Assembly (NCBI GenBank): GCA_973895155.1
Contig: OZ316891.1
Location: forward strand, 29,742,331-29,806,330
Origin: Marsupella aquatica
Taxonomy: Eukaryota > Plantae > Marchantiophyta
DNA: 64,000 nt
Direction of reading: 5' to 3'
Shown here: positions 39,900-50,211 of the stretch, one piece after another
Position numbering within the stretch: position 1 is the stretch's first letter
How the letters are laid out: every line of letters starts with the position of its first letter
Notes under the pieces: model-generated
Seen by the model: only the letters and a program-made list of their open reading frames with translations
Told to the model about the DNA's origin: nothing
Database searches by the model: none
Translations under genes and position numbers: made by a program

Positions 39900-40420
39900 T
39901 CTGGCTCAAGATTTTCTTTCATCTCATGAAAGGGAACAGAAAGATATCTGGGACATGCTCGATAAAACCTCCTCTAGTCTCATAGGAGGATTACAAATGT
40001 TTTGGTCATTTCGAGAATATGGCCAATATTATACGAATACTTTATTTCAATTCAAGGATTGAGTAGATATCGACTTACCGACAATGATTTGGTTGTGGCT
40101 CGGGTCCGAGACTTTATCCGGCTTGGAGCGTGTAGCAAGAAGTAGGACTTTCTAGTTACGAATACCAAGTTATGGGCTAGCCTAAAACAAGCAAATCGGA
40201 TGGTCGATAACGCAAATGATGCACTTTCCTACATACCCGGGACTGAGGATTTGGAATTTTACTCAGTGTGTCGAGTTATTCGATAGGATATCTCTCTGCT
40301 CCCAGAAATACCCCATCTTGGGACTACTAGTTGCGGCGATGTGTTATTATTTAGTGATAGATATGACTGTTTAGATGAAGAAGAGCGACTTCTTCTAGTC
40401 GAAAGGTTTGGTACATTTAC
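39900..40420 (+). pseudogene. F-box-like cargo gene copy 2 (degraded)
   Basis: Fragments SLIGGL..ISRIWPIL, LGACSKK*DFLVTNTKLWASL and CLDEEERLLLVERF align by eye with copy 3. Confidence 0.5.
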
Positions 40421-41013
40421 TCAGAATCTTGGTGGTTCCAGCTCCTGATGGACAGGTTCCCTTTCTTAATCTTTTCCATATGATGTTGCAGTCCTTTGAC
40501 ATGAATCGGAAATCTCATCGTCAAATGATGATGGATCAAATTGCAAGTGCAAAGGTTATAAATCGGAACATGATATGGAGTGATACAGAAGCACTGATAC
40601 CTGGCCTCCTGGACGATATTGTCGAGAAATATATTTGGCCTTTAGTCAAAGTGTTTTTCCATTCGCTTGGGAATTTGTCAGATAATGCGATTAAAAAAGG
40701 GGTCATGGACTTGATCGCCATTCGAACAGTCAGTAAGAAGTGGCATCACATAGTTACTTATAGTAGTACTTGGGCGACGGTCATCTTGGTAGCAAACGAT
40801 TTCACCGATAGACCTAGATATGAATCGCTTGGAAGGCATTTCACTGCACGGAATGTAGCATTCAGATATAGAGAATTTATCAAAATTCTTCCACCTCTAG
40901 ACATTCTTGGTGGTTTTGATGGGACCGAGCTTGACACGTTTAGAAACCATTGGATTTGGTTAGATGACGAGGAGCGAAAGGATTGGGTCAAGAAATACGT
41001 TCCTAAAATGTAA
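40408..41013 (+). CDS. F-box-like cargo gene copy 3 (true start uncertain)
   Basis: LIPGLLDDIVEKYIWPLV...IRTVSKKWHHIVTYSSTW F-box motif; open frame to the stop at 41013. Confidence 0.65.
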   Translation: MVHLLRILVVPAPDGQVPFLNLFHMMLQSFDMNRKSHRQMMMDQIASAKVINRNMIWSDTEALIPGLLDDIVEKYIWPLVKVFFHSLGNLSDNAIKKGVMDLIAIRTVSKKWHHIVTYSSTWATVILVANDFTDRPRYESLGRHFTARNVAFRYREFIKILPPLDILGGFDGTELDTFRNHWIWLDDEERKDWVKKYVPKM

Positions 41014-44000
41014 TTTGGGGCGACACGACCATGCGTGTGCTTCAATTTTTCAGTCGCATAGTTATTTATAGATATGGATTTTGACGAGTTGACCTCAAGG
41101 AAAGAAACCATTCGGTTTGATTAGTTCCTAAAATGTATTTCGACGCGACGCGACCATGCGCGTATTGTCATTCTGAAATAAAGGTTTCACTTTCAATATT
41201 TGTATTTTTCAGAATGGATCCAATGGTGACATCAAAGCGGAAAAGAGACTCCTCTAAATCGGTTGCTCAAAAGAAAGCCAAGACCAGAGTGATGCCCACG
41301 CTTATCAAGGAAAATCTATCAGGGAGAGAACAACGGAGACAAAGACACTCCATCTCTTTGACTCGACAGAGATAACCGAACTTGGAATAATTGTTCAGAA
41401 TGGGAGTCTCCGCCTTGTGGTTGCAAAAAATGAGAAGGCTACAATTTTGGAGAATTCAAAAATTCTTGGGTGCTTCTTTGAGAAGAACTTGAGTGTTCAA
41501 GAGTGTATTGAGGGATTGGTTCTGTTAGTCAGCGACGATAACCAAGATGACAACATCAGCATATGTTTGGATCGCACGCAATATGTGACCTTCAATCAGA
41601 GGAGAATCGATGATCTTCTAGGTGCTAGGCACACCTTGGAAAAGGTTACTAGTGTGGGATACCCCTCCAATCCATGGGGATTAACTGGTGATTTGATTTG
41701 TCAATATATTATTGACGTTCTTGAGTTCAAGAGAATTTCTTTCAAGAAGGAATTTCGCTTGGGAAAGCCCATTCCAGTGACCGAGGCTGAAATATACACG
41801 GCAGAGAATCTTCCAAAAGTTATCACAGCACAGAATGTCGGTGCTCTGTTCGATAGTTTCCTCAAGGAATATAGTGGTGTGAACATATTTAACAGCAAGT
41901 CCTTTTTTATTGAGACTTCGCGTTGTCATCTTGCACCGGATCACATCAAATGCCGAGAGTGGAATCAGGATTACATTGAGAGGCTGAAGAATTCATTCCT
42001 TTCTCATTTGGCTATAAAGTTTGAGAAGAGATGCTGCTTCTTAGTCCCTGTAAAGTGGGTTCAGTCCGAAGCCGACGAAATTGTCGACTACAATGGAACG
42101 GCCTATGAATCGACACCAACGGAGGAGGACATTAAGAGAAGTCATTTTTGGATACTTGGAGGCCAACACACAATAATGGCCTACAAATTGCTGAAAGACG
42201 ACGCTAATGTCAGCCAAGATGTTCGAGATGCATGCGGGATAGTAGAAGCTGTCATGTTTTGGGCAACGCTCAATAACAAGAATAATATCCATTTGATGGG
42301 ACTGTCGAGGGCCCTAAACCACTATCATCAAACATACATGGAAGAGGGGCAATTTCTCACCATCGTCAGACAGTGTCGTAATATATGGAACTCATTTGGT
42401 CGGCCTGGATCACATTCTCGTCATCCTAATTGGAAGGTATGGACCAAACCCTTGTCGATTATATTCTTACAGATTTATGCATTACATTGTCTTACAGATA
42501 TATGCATTACATTTTCTTACAGATTTATGAAGTTAATTTTGTCACGCGACTGGGCGCGTCAATCTTAGAATTGTTATGCTCCTTTGTTATCTCATTTTCC
42601 AGGTATTTATGAGGGCTACAAGTTTAGTCTGCCCATGGGTGCAAATGGGCAAAAACGAGGTAATGAAATTTGGAGAGTTGGCTCCGTTCCTCTTTACCAT
42701 GGAGGACGAAACATTCAAGAAGTGGATGGAAGTTTATGAACTTTCAAGGAAAGGAGAGCTTGTTATATACAATGGAATTTTGCAGAAGAAGATCCTCAAG
42801 GTTGCGAAGAATCCAAATGCTTTTTATCTTCTTAAGAAGTCATTCCGTTCTTGTCAAGGGTGCTCGGACAAAGTTCTTCGAAAGGCAACGGAATACATGT
42901 TGAGTGGGAAATTGTCTATTCCCAAAAACAGAAGCATCAAAGTGAAATCCGCGAAGGCTAGGAAGTCCTCTCAAGCCCTAGTGGTGTCAACAAGCGGCAT
43001 GAGTTTGGAGGAATTTTGTGTAGAGAAGAAGACAAAAGTTGAGTTTGAGATTCTTTTGTTGAGTAAACTCAACGGGGATACAGGCACCCGGGCTGAGCTG
43101 AAAAGTCTTACCGACGCTGCCCAGAAATTGCGGGTCCAAGAAATGATTGATCGCTTTAAGCTCAACAAGATGGTACTGAAGCAGTTGAGAGATGCGCTGA
43201 GTGGTTATCTGAAGAAGTGCTTAAATATAAATATTATTAATGATAATTTGTTGAAAGAGATCGACCCGATATTCTACAGGTTGGTGGAAGGAATACAAAA
43301 ATCAGTTGATAGTCAAGGAAACCAACTAGTGCGGCCAGTCGGTGAGAGGCTGAAATTGCGATCCCTGCAGGATATACAAAATGTTGGGTTTGTAGACTGT
43401 ATCATACGTGAAGACAAGAACCTTGCAAGCTTGATTTATTTTGATTCCTCATCAATGGGAGAGATGCGTCCGTCAAATTGCGCATTCTATGAGGGGTTAT
43501 TCCGTGCTACTAGCAAAATAGGGGCTAAACCACACCATGTGGTTATTATTGTGGCCACTCTCATTGAGTCTTATTCAATCAAACGGGAATTAGTGAAATA
43601 CACACAGTACATTGCTGTGGATAGCAATTATATTCAGAAGCGGCAAAAGGAAAGGAAGCTTATTGTAACATACGCCTTTCACAGCTCGGCCTTCAGCACA
43701 ATGGGCGACTCGGATGTCCTTGAGCTCCAATTGCTGTCCAAATATCGGATTGAGAAAATAACTGATTTTGAAGAGAGCGGCGAGATATCGACGACTTCGC
43801 CAGAAAAGATGCCTCCATTCTTTGAAAATATTGTTAGTCAATTCGTCCAATCTGGGGAATGGGCTATATGCTTCGGCGAAGGAAAGAATTTGATCCAGTG
43901 CCTAATGGTAAGTTCTTAGATTTACATTGTGGGGTTTAGCTTTTCAGATGATTTGGATTTCGAACTATCAATTTATATTGGTCGAACTAATTTTTGTTTC

Positions 44001-45264
44001 TTATTTTACAGGATGCTGGATCCAATGTAAAATATTACTGCCCTGTAACAACGCACGGGGAATTGTCTTGTTTCCTACAACACACGACTACGACGAATGA
44101 TACAACGCTATCGTTGATTGACCCAGTCCGGGCTAGTATAGAAAAATGTATAGATAAACTAATGAAGTACCGTCCATCCGTATCTGCTCTCAAGGCTGAT
44201 GTTTTGGAAGTCCTCCAAGAACAACATATTCCTGATCATATTTGTTATCAATTGTTGCAAGAGTATTTCCTCTCGGAAGGTTCAGATAGAATGTACATTT
44301 GGCCAACAGAGTACCCTCGTGGGCCAATCCAAGGTAAATTTCTATCAAACCCTAAACAATTGCTTCTTCTGCATAACAAAACATTGTCAAGCTTCACGCG
44401 AACATGCGCGTGAACATTGTTTTTACTGTGTATTATATTTATTTATATATTTTATTTTTGTCAGATGAAGTCCAAAGTGGCTTTACTGGTGAGGACAAAG
44501 TGAACGACGGGCATGGGGACATCAATGACGACCAAGATCCGGATTGGATGACCGAGCCGCAGAACAATGTCGATGATGATGACCAAATCGAAAAAGAGAG
44601 TGATGGTGAGGAAGCCGATGAAATTGATGAAAATCAGCAAGTTGATAAATTTGACGAGGGGACTGACGAGGATACAGCAGGGTCCGACGAAGACATGGAG
44701 GATGTGGATGATGAGGCCAGACAGGAGGAGGCGGCCCGGCTAGAAGCGGTGAGACAAGAGGAGGCCCGAGAAGAAGCGCTTAGACTAGAAGCGTCCCGAC
44801 AAGAGACTCAAAAGGTAGAAGCCAAGAAGCAGAAGGCGACAGCTTGAAAGGCAGCTTCCGCAAAGAGGAAGTCAAGAGCTGAAGCGGAGAGAGTTGAGAC
44901 AGCCAGACTTCAGGCAGAGGCATTGGCAGAGGTAGCGAGAGTCCAGGCCGCGGTTGAAGCAGAGAGAGAAGTGGCCAACAGGGTGGATGAGGATAGGAGG
45001 CAGGGCCAGACAAGAGAGGAGGCCGAGAGCGAGGAGGAGGAACCGACAAGACAGGAGGCCGAGAGCGGGGAGAAGGATCCGACAATACAGGAGGCTGAGA
45101 GCGGGGAGGAGGAACCGACAAGACAGGAGGTCAAGAGCGAGGAGGAGGAACCCACAAGAAAGGAGGCCAAGAGCAAGGAGGAGGAGAGAGAAGAGTCGCA
45201 GAATATGAAGGCAGAGAGGGAGGAGGCGGAGAGGGCGGAAGCGAAGAGGGCGCAGGCAAGGATG

Positions 45265-45775
45265 GAGGCCAAAAAGAAGGAGGCCGAAAAGAAGGAGGTC
45301 GAAAAGAAAGAGGCCGAAAAAAAGAAGGCGGCCGAGAAGAAGAAGGTGGCCGAGAAGAAGAAGAAGGCCGAGAAGAAGAAGGCGGCCGAAAAGAAAAAGG
45401 AGGCTGAGAAGACGAAGGAGAAGACGAAGGAGGCTGAGAAGAAGGAGGCCGAGAAGGAGGCCGAGAAGAAGGAGCAGGCCGAGAAGAAGGAGGCTGAGAA
45501 GAAAGAGCAGGTTGAGAAGAAGGAGGCCGAGAAGAAGGAGCAGGCCGAGAAGAAGGAGGCTGAGAAGAAAGAGCAGGCTGAGAAGAAAGAGGCTGAGAAG
45601 AAGGAGGCTGAGAAGGCTGAGAAGAAGGAGGCAGAGAAGAAAGAGGCTGAGAAGGCAGAGAAGAGGGTTGAGAAGAAAGAGGTTGAGAAGAAGGAAGCCG
45701 AGAAGAAGGAGGAGCAGGCGGAGAAGGAGGAACAGGCGGAGAAGGAGGAGGCAAAGAAGGAGGCCGAGAAGGCCA
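45265..45775 (+). repeat. Coding low-complexity repeat (AEKKE)n
   Basis: GAGAAGAAGGAGGC(C/T) reiterated, giving an EKKEAEKKEQ single-alpha-helix or coiled-coil-like tract. Confidence 0.9.
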
Positions 45776-46632
45776 GGGACCTTTCGCTTCAGGCAAACCG
45801 ATTACCTAAAATAAAGCTCAATTTGAGGAAGCCTTCGTCGCTGTCCGCTGGGATTAAGAAGAAAATATTAGACTATTTTCTGCGTCCAGACTTTGAGTTT
45901 GACGATCCACCATTAGGTACAGTCTCCTTGGAGGATTGGAATAAATATTCACTCGAGCTGCTACGTGTCCAGGCAGTTTTGGATGTGCATTACTGGAAGG
46001 GTGTTCTGATTACAGAGGAGACGAGTGCAAGTGAATCGAGACTAGAGATGATTACCAATAATGTACGATTTTTTGAGAATCGAGTGGAAGAACTGTGAAC
46101 GGAGTTGGCTCCCAAATTCGCTCAAACTGTGAAGAGACTAAAGTCTGACTTCACGCGACCGGGTTCGTGGTCTTGGCCACGATATAACCCACAGACGACA
46201 CACTCGGAAGCCCAACTGGAGACTGGCGAAGCAGATATTGTGGAACTTGATTTGTCAGACTCACAGATGGTCGAATACCTAAATAAACTACCACAACCAT
46301 TCGAAGGTCTTCCCGCCTCATCTCTCCAACCTTCACAAACCGGTCTGGTGGATCGACCACTGCGCTCCCGGGGAGCTCCTAGTGATATAGCTGCGAAGGA
46401 GGCACCCAAGAAATCCGGTGCAAAAAGGCCGGATCCACCCAATCCAAAGGTCATTCGCAAGCTATAAGTTGAAAGGATTTTGTTTCTAGTCTAGCAGCCA
46501 GTATTTTCTTTGTCGTTAGGGTTTGGACCTGTCATTATATTTTATTATTGATTTATTGTTGTTTCTGTTTACTCGTAGGCTACAACCTTAGTACGTTATT
46601 TGAAGGCGTATTGAATTCTCTGTTTTTTGCAG

Positions 46633-47424
46633 TTTTTTGAAAATTTGGGTAGTCGAATAGATCAATGCCTCGATCCTTCTAGGGATATGGAAGAGGTATT
46701 GACCAAGTTTTTACACCACTCGATCAAGAGGAAACATATGATGTGTCTGAGACCGCGCGAGTTGCTTACCGATGATATAATTAATGCTTATTTGAGCTTT
46801 CTCGAGCTGATTCTCAATAGAGTTGGAAAATCAGAGGTTGTAAAATTCTTCCAAACACACCATTTCAAGCTTCTCTCCATGGATCCTACCGTTTTCGATG
46901 AGGACCGAGCATCTTGGACAGTTGACTTTCCGTTAAGAATCACTGAATACGACAAACTAGTCTTTCCAGTTCACATTGCTGGGAAAGAACATTGGTCATT
47001 GGCAGTTGTCTATCCGAAGGAGAAACGATTCGAGTACCTGGATTCTCTAGTTCAAAATCGACAAAATCCTAAGGTGCTCGATGTCGTTGGGCAGTATTAC
47101 GTCGACAAAATTCTATGGAGAAATGGAGTCAAGGTGGATATATCAGGTTGGGAACGGATATATCGGAACGATATTCCACACCAAAGTGATGGGTACAGTT
47201 GTGGTGTTTTTATGTTGAAATACGCCAAGTGTTTGTGCCAAGGCAGCGAAATTAGTTTCTCTGCTGCAGACATTGCAAAATTCTGTAGGGAAGTTGTCTT
47301 GTCGTTATATGACATGGACTTCCAAAAGCCGGCGTCCGGAGACAACCATGGTACCGGGATACGTGCTGCTATGATTGACATTGCCGGCAGAATTCAATTG
47401 TTGAACGACCATCTTCTTGGGCAG
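46633..47424 (+). CDS. Ulp1/C48 SUMO-protease domain exon
   Basis: LTDDIINAYL, FFQTHHF, VFPVHI..EHWSL, YLDS and Q.DGYSCGVF. The His-Asp-Cys triad and oxyanion Gln are intact. Confidence 0.9.
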
Positions 47425-48720
47425 GTATTATACTTCATTTCAGTCTCTCTTTATAGTCATGCGACCGTTCGCATTATAAAATTTATTTTTCATTTTCTAA
47501 TGTTTTACAGAAACCTAGCCCGAAACCCCCTGATCAAGTAAAGAAGGCACCAGTAAAGAAGGCACCAGTAAGGAAAGGCACCAATCCTGAAGTCCGCTGA
47601 TTTCCCGGAGGCGGGAAAGACCTTGGTAGTACGGGCTCCAAATCCTTCAGCACAGAAATCACAGGTACAGACGACGCCTAATCCATCGGCGCAAAGGCCA
47701 CCGGTACAGAAAGGTCCGGTAATTCGAATGAAGAGACTTGTAATTTTTGACCTGAATCGGGTACTTATCTGGTCAGAGCAAAGCAGCCCTGGGATGCCCA
47801 TTCGGTCAAGGGGTGTCAAACACATGCACAAGGTTTTGTATCCAAGGCCTGACTTAATGACATTTCTTGTGAAGGTGTCAGAACTTTACGACATTGCCAT
47901 CTGGTCGTATATGTTGAAACTAAATATTCTATCATGTGTAAGGTTGATTCTCCAACCCGAGGTTTTGAGCCGTATTAAATTTATCTGGGGACAAGAATCA
48001 ACATGACCTATTGGTAAGAGTAATAATGACATTCCCCTATTTGTCAAATGTCCCGACATTGCCACCGATATTAAGAATTACGACAAGGAGAATGTGATTA
48101 TTATGGATGACGCTGCTTATAAGACGAGCTTAAATAGCTTCTACTCGTCTATGTATCCCGACGCATATTTTGGGCTGGAAGATGACACACATTTTCAAAA
48201 AAAACTATATCCGAATCTGTGCGATATGTTCAATCCAAAGTTGAAATTCCATGAGCGACTTCGGGGATATGGTATTCCAGAGTTTTCTCGAGACAATCTT
48301 CAGAAGGATTATATTGATAAGGCGAATCTTTGGAGGAAAAATGTGACCATTCGTACTAAGGGTAATCCTGACCATTTACAAGAGTTTGATGATTTCATGA
48401 GAATATTATCAAATAGGAAAGATCGTGAAATGGAAGCCAAAGAAAAGTAAACATTTATTTATTTATAATTCTTATTTATACTTTTGACTTTGTGTTGTGA
48501 GTGACGCGCCCGGTCGTGTCGCTGTGTGGATTTATTTATATTGTTATGTGAGTATTGTGTTGGGTGGCGTGGTTGAATTGATTGCATAATATGAGAATTG
48601 AACTATGGATACATTAGTCACGCGACCGTGCGCGTGTAAACATTTGTCGTTTACTTATATTTTTAAAATTTGTGTGTTATGTTTAGGCGTTAATATGAGA
48701 ATCGAATTGTTGATTTACAG

Positions 48721-49428
48721 GAGACTAAGTGGAGCAGATCGCGTCAACTTCTAGTTTTAGGAGTGGAAAACTTTCTATGCTATATTAAGAAATATACTCC
48801 TGAGCTCAAGTGGACTACAAAAATTCGTATCGGATCTCTATGTGTCGTTCCGAGGCCATATCTTCATGATTTTCTAAAATTATGTTATGATAATTTTGAT
48901 GTGATGGTTTGGTCTACCCTCGAGGATAAACTGGTTTATCAGATACTTTCAGAAATGTCGTCGATCATGGACCTGTCGCAGCTGAGATATGTTTTCACCT
49001 AGGATCATTGCTGGCATCTTGGTTATGTGAAGAAATGTTATAAGAGAGTTGTCTTCAAATCTATGGACAGACTACGTGATATGTTTCAAGATTATCGACC
49101 AGAGAATATAATCCAGATTGATGCCTGTCCATCCCATACATGCCAGACAGGTGTATGTGGATTGTTGTTTACAAAGACGTTTCAAGGATCCTTGGATGAT
49201 GTCTTTTTGAGGGATACTCTCATTCCACATTTACTGAAGCTATCAGATTCCGGGCTTTGTCTTGCATTCGCTAACAAGTTGGATTATCCCATCTGGTCGA
49301 TTAGAAATCTACATCTAGATTGGACTTTGAACGAGGATATATGGGAGCATCTGTACATGCAGAGACATGCTGATCAAGTTCTTATGAAGTACTTCAACAT
49401 ACGTCACTTATCAAAGGCCAGAGTGTAG
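48721..49428 (+). pseudogene. FCP1/NIF-like HAD domain copy 2 (exon starting at a splice acceptor; in-frame TAG at 49000)
   Basis: tttacag|GAG; QLLVLGVENFL..PRPYLHDFL..FDVMVWS..FKSMD..NIIQID..DDVFL. Confidence 0.7.
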
Positions 49429-49521
49429 AGGATATGTTATTTGTCTGTAAATCCATGACGCGACTATTCGCGTGGCAACATCCACACGGGCTCATTTATC
49501 TTGTATTGTGTTTCTCTATAG

Positions 49522-50211
49522 GAGATACATTGTAGCAGAGAAACTCAGCTCGTAGTTTTAGATGTGGAGCATCTACTCTGTTACACTGCACCGCATTCCC
49601 GACTGATGACGGTCTCAACTGGAATTCGTATTGGGAATGTATACGTTTTTCCAAGGCCTTATCTTCACGAATTTGTGAGATTCTATTTTGAGAATTTTGA
49701 CGTAGGGATCTGGTCATCTCTTAAGAAGAACCTTTTAGATCAGATTTTAGCATCTATTTTTATTGCGATGGAAATGGCCTCATTTAAGTATATTTGGGAT
49801 GAGTCTCATTGTTACTTATGCGATGGGGCGACCTCAAATAAACGGATATTTTTGAAGTGTTTTGATAAAGTGGAAAGTTATACGAAGGCGTATCTGCAGA
49901 AAAATATAATGCTTATCGAATCCGATGCATTTCATGCTTGTTTAGATCCTGTTTTTGGATCATTATTTCCGCCCAAATATTTTGGGTTGGTCGACGACTG
50001 TTTCCTGATTAACGTGTTGATTTTGTATCTTAGCAAGCTCGCGAAATCTTCTGAGCCGCTTCTCGTTGCCAATGGAAGAGGTTATCCTGATTGGTCAGTT
50101 AAATCTCTTTTTAGAGATTATGATTATAATCATACTATATGGGAAGACCCTTTGATTCAGAGGCATGGAGATAGATATCTAGTAGAGCAGTTTAACAGAC
50201 GCCCAGTTTAG
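49522..50211 (+). CDS. FCP1/NIF-like HAD domain copy 3 (exon starting at a splice acceptor)
   Basis: ctatag|GAG; QLVVLDVEHLL..PRPYLHEFV..FDVGIWSS..YIWDESHC..FLK..NIMLIE. Confidence 0.75.
   Translation, partial: EIHCSRETQLVVLDVEHLLCYTAPHSRLMTVSTGIRIGNVYVFPRPYLHEFVRFYFENFDVGIWSSLKKNLLDQILASIFIAMEMASFKYIWDESHCYLCDGATSNKRIFLKCFDKVESYTKAYLQKNIMLIESDAFHACLDPVFGSLFPPKYFGLVDDCFLINVLILYLSKLAKSSEPLLVANGRGYPDWSVKSLFRDYDYNHTIWEDPLIQRHGDRYLVEQFNRRPV

Larger units (their letters stand above)
41214..48450 (+). pseudogene. Large multidomain cargo gene: ParB/Srx-like, degenerate amino-MTase fold, acidic tract, E/K coiled coil, Ulp1 protease, FCP1-like HAD; exons approx 41214-42436, 42603-43907, 44012-44333, 44465-~46449, 46633-47424, 47511-48450
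   Basis: GT-AG introns link successive ORFs (the ~46449-46633 junction is least certain). In-frame TGA stops at 44845, 46096 and 48004 are consistent with CGA>TGA. Frameshifts near 41280 and 47575. Motifs: FWILGGQHT; LIYFDSSS...PEK...EWAICFGEG; HWSL..YLDS..QSDGYSCGVF; LVIFDLNRVL..RPDLMTFL..IAIWS. Confidence 0.72.
34359..49474. promoter_or_regulatory. ~20 dispersed copies of an 18-bp palindrome sACGCGAC-N2-(G/T)(T/G)CGCGTs (putative protein-binding sites)
   Basis: Copies start at 34359, 34417, 36535, 36774, 36909, 37041, 39096, 39162, 39192, 39265, 39824, 41022, 41147, 42543, 44395, 46152, 47458, 48503, 48619 and 49457. The motif is seen directly; the function is inferred. Confidence 0.85.

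Noticed and set aside
45131-45814. P/S-rich (minus) and poly-Arg (plus) ORFs
   Set aside because: Shadow frames of the (AEKKE)n coding repeat.
34359-49474. Palindromes as integron attC-like or cassette recombination sites
   Set aside because: Several lie inside introns of one gene, and no tyrosine or serine recombinase was recognised. Binding sites are the simpler reading.
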